64,000 nt of DNA from Octopus bimaculoides (Eukaryota): the NCBI RefSeq assembly GCF_001194135.2, contig NC_068981.1:38415061-38479060 (forward strand), read 5' to 3'. How positions within the stretch are numbered: the first letter of the stretch is position 1; every line of letters starts with the position of its first letter. A program made the translations under genes and the position numbers. Positions 60,551 to 64,000 of this stretch are shown piece by piece. The notes beneath the pieces are model-generated. The model saw only the letters and a list, made by a program, of their open reading frames with translations, was not told the DNA's origin and did not search any database.

Positions 60551-61468
60551 TTGAAAGAAAATAGGTGGGCAAAGTGGAGAGGGTGAGTCAGTGGTCAAAG
60601 TGTTAGTGGTTATTACTCTTATGAAGATAGGTTGGTGATTGAGAGGGTGTTATTGGAGAGCTCTTGTAGACTACATTTTTGCATAGACAGACACCTCCAA
60701 AAGGGTAGAGTCAAGACAACTAACAACTGCAAGCTTAACTGCTTGTCAGGTTCTTATGGTTTGTTATCAATGAAGACCTGGAGGTATAATCAGTATTGGT
60801 GGTCATATGGTTCTTATCTGCTTTCTCTTGTTTTGCATGTATACATATATACATATTTTGTATTTCATACCCAAACTGTTATATTTAATATATTTAAAAT
60901 TTAATTTGGTTATCTGCATAATTGCCTCTCTGTATACATTTATGGAGGCAAAATGTAATTTTGTTCAATATATTTGTTTTCAAAGTACCCTTAACCCCTG
61001 GCATACAATGAAAGCAATGCAAGATTTGAGATGAAAAGTGGTTAAGGAAAAATAAATTAACACATTTAAAAAGCCAAACAAAAAATTCACAAAAGAACAA
61101 TTGTACATCTGTCCACAAGCTGCTAAAATGTTTCCAAAACAGCTGACAAAAGTTATAAGGCACCACATCCAAGTATCTTGTAGTTTTCACTATTTTCACT
61201 TTCTTTTCGAAATTTAGTAGTGTTATTAATATATTATACATTAGTGGTTAATAAAGAAATTATTATTAATGCATTTTCCTGTTCTATTTTCAACCAACAA
61301 AGGCTTTATTATCTGTGGGGACAATCATAGATTTCTCATGAAGAACTAAACAACCTACTATATGTGAAACATCCAAAACTAGCTAACATTATCATAATTT
61401 CTTTATCAACATGGATAATTAAACAATTTTTACGGACGGTTATTTTTTCTTCATATTATGTAACATGT

Positions 61469-62283
61469 GAAGTTTAGGATCAGAACACCCATGTAAGTTG
61501 AATTTTCTGTTTTGACAGGGTTTTTTTCATTTATTTTTTCGCAAAACTCTTGGAAATTATGGGGTGGGGGTGGCTTTTAAGTGATGGGAGACAGCTTTTT
61601 ATGAAAAAAGATTATGAAAATTTATGATTCCCACCACCACCTCTGGATCGATTTGAGCCAAATTGTTTTTGGTACTATGCACTTAAAAACCACAGAAGAA
61701 ACCTTTTCAGTAAAAACAAAATAAATAAACAGAAAATATATTCAGAACAAATAGTGTGTGGTTTAAGGGAGATTTAGCTGTTGCTTCAAACACATCCTAC
61801 GACCACCTGGTTCCTTCCTCGTTTATATACTGATGTTTTTCACTCTTGGAAGTAAGCCGTGTGTTACTTCCATGTCATCATGCCATTAAATGTGTGTTGT
61901 GGGGAGAAAAATATTGAAAAGCATCAATACATGTCAGAGTGACAGAGAAACAAAGAAAGTATCAGTTGGTTGTAGAATGTGTTAGAAACAACAGCTAAAT
62001 CTCTCTTTAATCACACACCTTTACGTCTGAAAATATTTCCCATTTATCGATTTATTTTTAATGAATAGTTTTCTCTCATGGTTTTTAAGTGCGTATGCAG
62101 AACAGGAGTAAAAGACCAAAAATTGGGCCACAGGTAAGAAAGAGGTGGGGGTGAAAATTTTTTTTTTAATTTTTAATCAGAATCTGACCCCTGTCACATT
62201 CAAGGGTGTAGTAAAAATAATTAGAAAGATACTTGTCAAAACGGAGAAGATCCCACTTATGTGTTGTCCTGATCTGAAACTTT
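61469..62283. repeat. Older, more diverged inverted repeat (arms ~270 bp) enclosing the 61754 MITE
   Basis: TATGCACTTAAAAACCA (61676-61692) vs reverse complement of 62079-62095, 16/17 identical; GAAGTTTAGGATCAGAAC (61469-61486) vs reverse complement of 62266-62283, 14/18 identical. Confidence 0.65.
61754..62018. mobile_element. MITE-like element, ~57-bp TIRs
   Basis: GTGTGTGGTTTAAGGGAGATTTAGCTGTTGCTTCAAACACATCCTACGACCACCTGG vs reverse complement of the right end GTGTGTGATTAAAGAGAGATTTAGCTGTTGTTTCTAACACATTCTACAACCAACTGA. Confidence 0.8.
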
Positions 62284-63099
62284 ATCTAATTTTGTTAGAT
62301 ATGTTACTTGGTTTTAGTTTCACACCAGAGCTTAAAGATATTTGAAAACAAACGCATTGGACAAGATTACCATTGTGTGTGTGTGTCTGTATGTAATTTC
62401 TAATACAGTTAGAGTCCAGTCTGACACTACATAGACATTCAGGAATGGAATAAGACAGCTGGTGACAATCGAAATGAAGTGTAGATATTAACGTTGCAAA
62501 ATGTTGCATTTCTGAAGATTAAGTAAATTAGTCCATAAAACGATAATCTTATTAGCAACGCATACAAAATACTTTAAAAAATATCGACTCAGACTTTAAG
62601 ACATTTTTTGGACACGTTTCTGAAAACACTAATTATTTTGTAATTATAGATTATAAAATACGGCGAATATACAAAAAAAAAAAGAAATTAGGAATGATTG
62701 CTGCTGTAAATATTTGGATTCTCAAAAAATGAGATGAAAGAAATATAAAATTCTTCTAAAATGTTTTTATAACATATTCATCAAAAGCAATTCTGGAAAT
62801 GAAGTAAAAGATATGTAAGCATGTATATATATAAATATATATATATATATGAGGGATTCTCTTGTATATGTAAGTGTATGTGCGTGCACACAAGCATGTG
62901 ATTATCAGCTAGCCTTCCACCATTCTGAAAGAAGCACACTACAAGAAAAATAAAGCAGTTTTATTTTTGCACTATCGAGCAGTATATTACTGGTCATGGA
63001 TGTTACACCAGTTTTACGTCGACTCTTGCAATTGGCAACATGGGTAACTTTGCAGGTATGCTGGCTGGAAGCACATATTTTATGTTGCAGGCACACCTA

Positions 63100-63533
63100 G
63101 TATTAAAAAGTATTAGTGAACACCCATAAGTCCTGTGCAGAGGCAGGATGTCTATGACAATGAATGCTCAGTGTATAGTCAATGCAAAACATGCCATGTT
63201 CTATGAAGCAGAGGTGATGCTATCCAATAGCAACAACAGAGGAATACATGCAGATATGTTGGGGCAAGGGAGAGCCCCTTTAAGGGTAGTCTTAATAATA
63301 GTAGATCCTCTTCTAGATGCCCAGACAAGTGTATATGGCAATTAAAAGTTGAAAGAACATCGTACAAAATCAATTAAGAAATGCTGGAACAGACTGGGGC
63401 ATATCTGAATGGAAGTAGGTATTGCAAACTTTACTTGGCCCAGAGCAGAAGTATTCTAAAACAATCGCATGATCAGGATTTTTTCTTGAACTAAATATGC
63501 AGAATATTTAGTTGCTGCCTTCATGAAAAGTAA
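63100..63533 (+). mobile_element. Penelope-like element GIY-YIG endonuclease remnant
   Basis: MNAQCIV...FYEAEV, then 63252-63533 RYVGARESPFKGSLNNSRSS...CIWQLKVERTSYKIN*EML...YLNGSRYCKLYLAQ...FFLN*ICRIFSCCLHEK*. This matches the PLE pattern YKA.V / YIG...FK.R.NNH..SF / IW.LK / Y.NGS..C.LCL.EK / LLN.RSE..S.CRH. Confidence 0.8.
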
Positions 63534-63957
63534 TGTTTTGATATCGATATTATTCATTTAACAGGTTAGAGGGACATAACCATTATCTTCCTTTTCTCTA
63601 ATGCCTTCTTCATGGTTTTCCTAATTTTTCTAACAGAATAACCTTGTTATTTGATCTTAAATGATTGCCAGATCGTGCATGGTATACAAGTGTGTCTGAT
63701 TACTTCACTATTCGAACCTGAAACTTGATGTATCTCACGTATAACTCCTGTCTTCTTTAAGTGATATACATATGTATGGTGGTGTGTGTGTGTGCACTTT
63801 ACAGAGTTTTCAGTAACCTAGTACATGCTATGTATATGACAAATGAGAGAAATTTAATATATCAATAAATCATGAATGGGTGCTTTAAATTATGTACAGA
63901 TTCTTTGATCAGAGTTTAAATTTCAGCAGATGACTGAACAATTTATTCCTAATAACC

Positions 63958-64000
<43 letters not shown>
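63958..64000. repeat. (TA)n microsatellite at the window end
   Basis: Read directly. Confidence 0.9.

Overview
AT-rich, repeat-dense eukaryotic scaffold with four N-gaps and many (TA)n/(CA)n/(GA)n microsatellites. The repeat families look like those of a coleoid cephalopod such as Octopus (inference from my recollection of these repeats, not a database result). I could not identify any host protein-coding exon with confidence, so the window is most likely intronic or intergenic. Most entries in the ORF track are microsatellite, gap or repeat artefacts. Recognisable content: (i) decayed non-LTR retrotransposon fragments (RTE, CR1/L2-type, L1-Tx1, restriction-like-endonuclease R4-type, and a Penelope-like GIY-YIG domain); (ii) a decayed Ty1/copia RT split by a nested insertion; (iii) an internally deleted Tc1/mariner element with TIRs and TA TSD; (iv) several MITEs or foldback palindromes; (v) many SINE-like copies from about four families. 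The most notable observation is a ~690-bp palindromic element whose arms each carry a 56-nt minimal type I hammerhead-ribozyme motif, with a third motif in a second family member 20 kb away. Repeat boundaries are read by eye and are approximate unless stated as exact.
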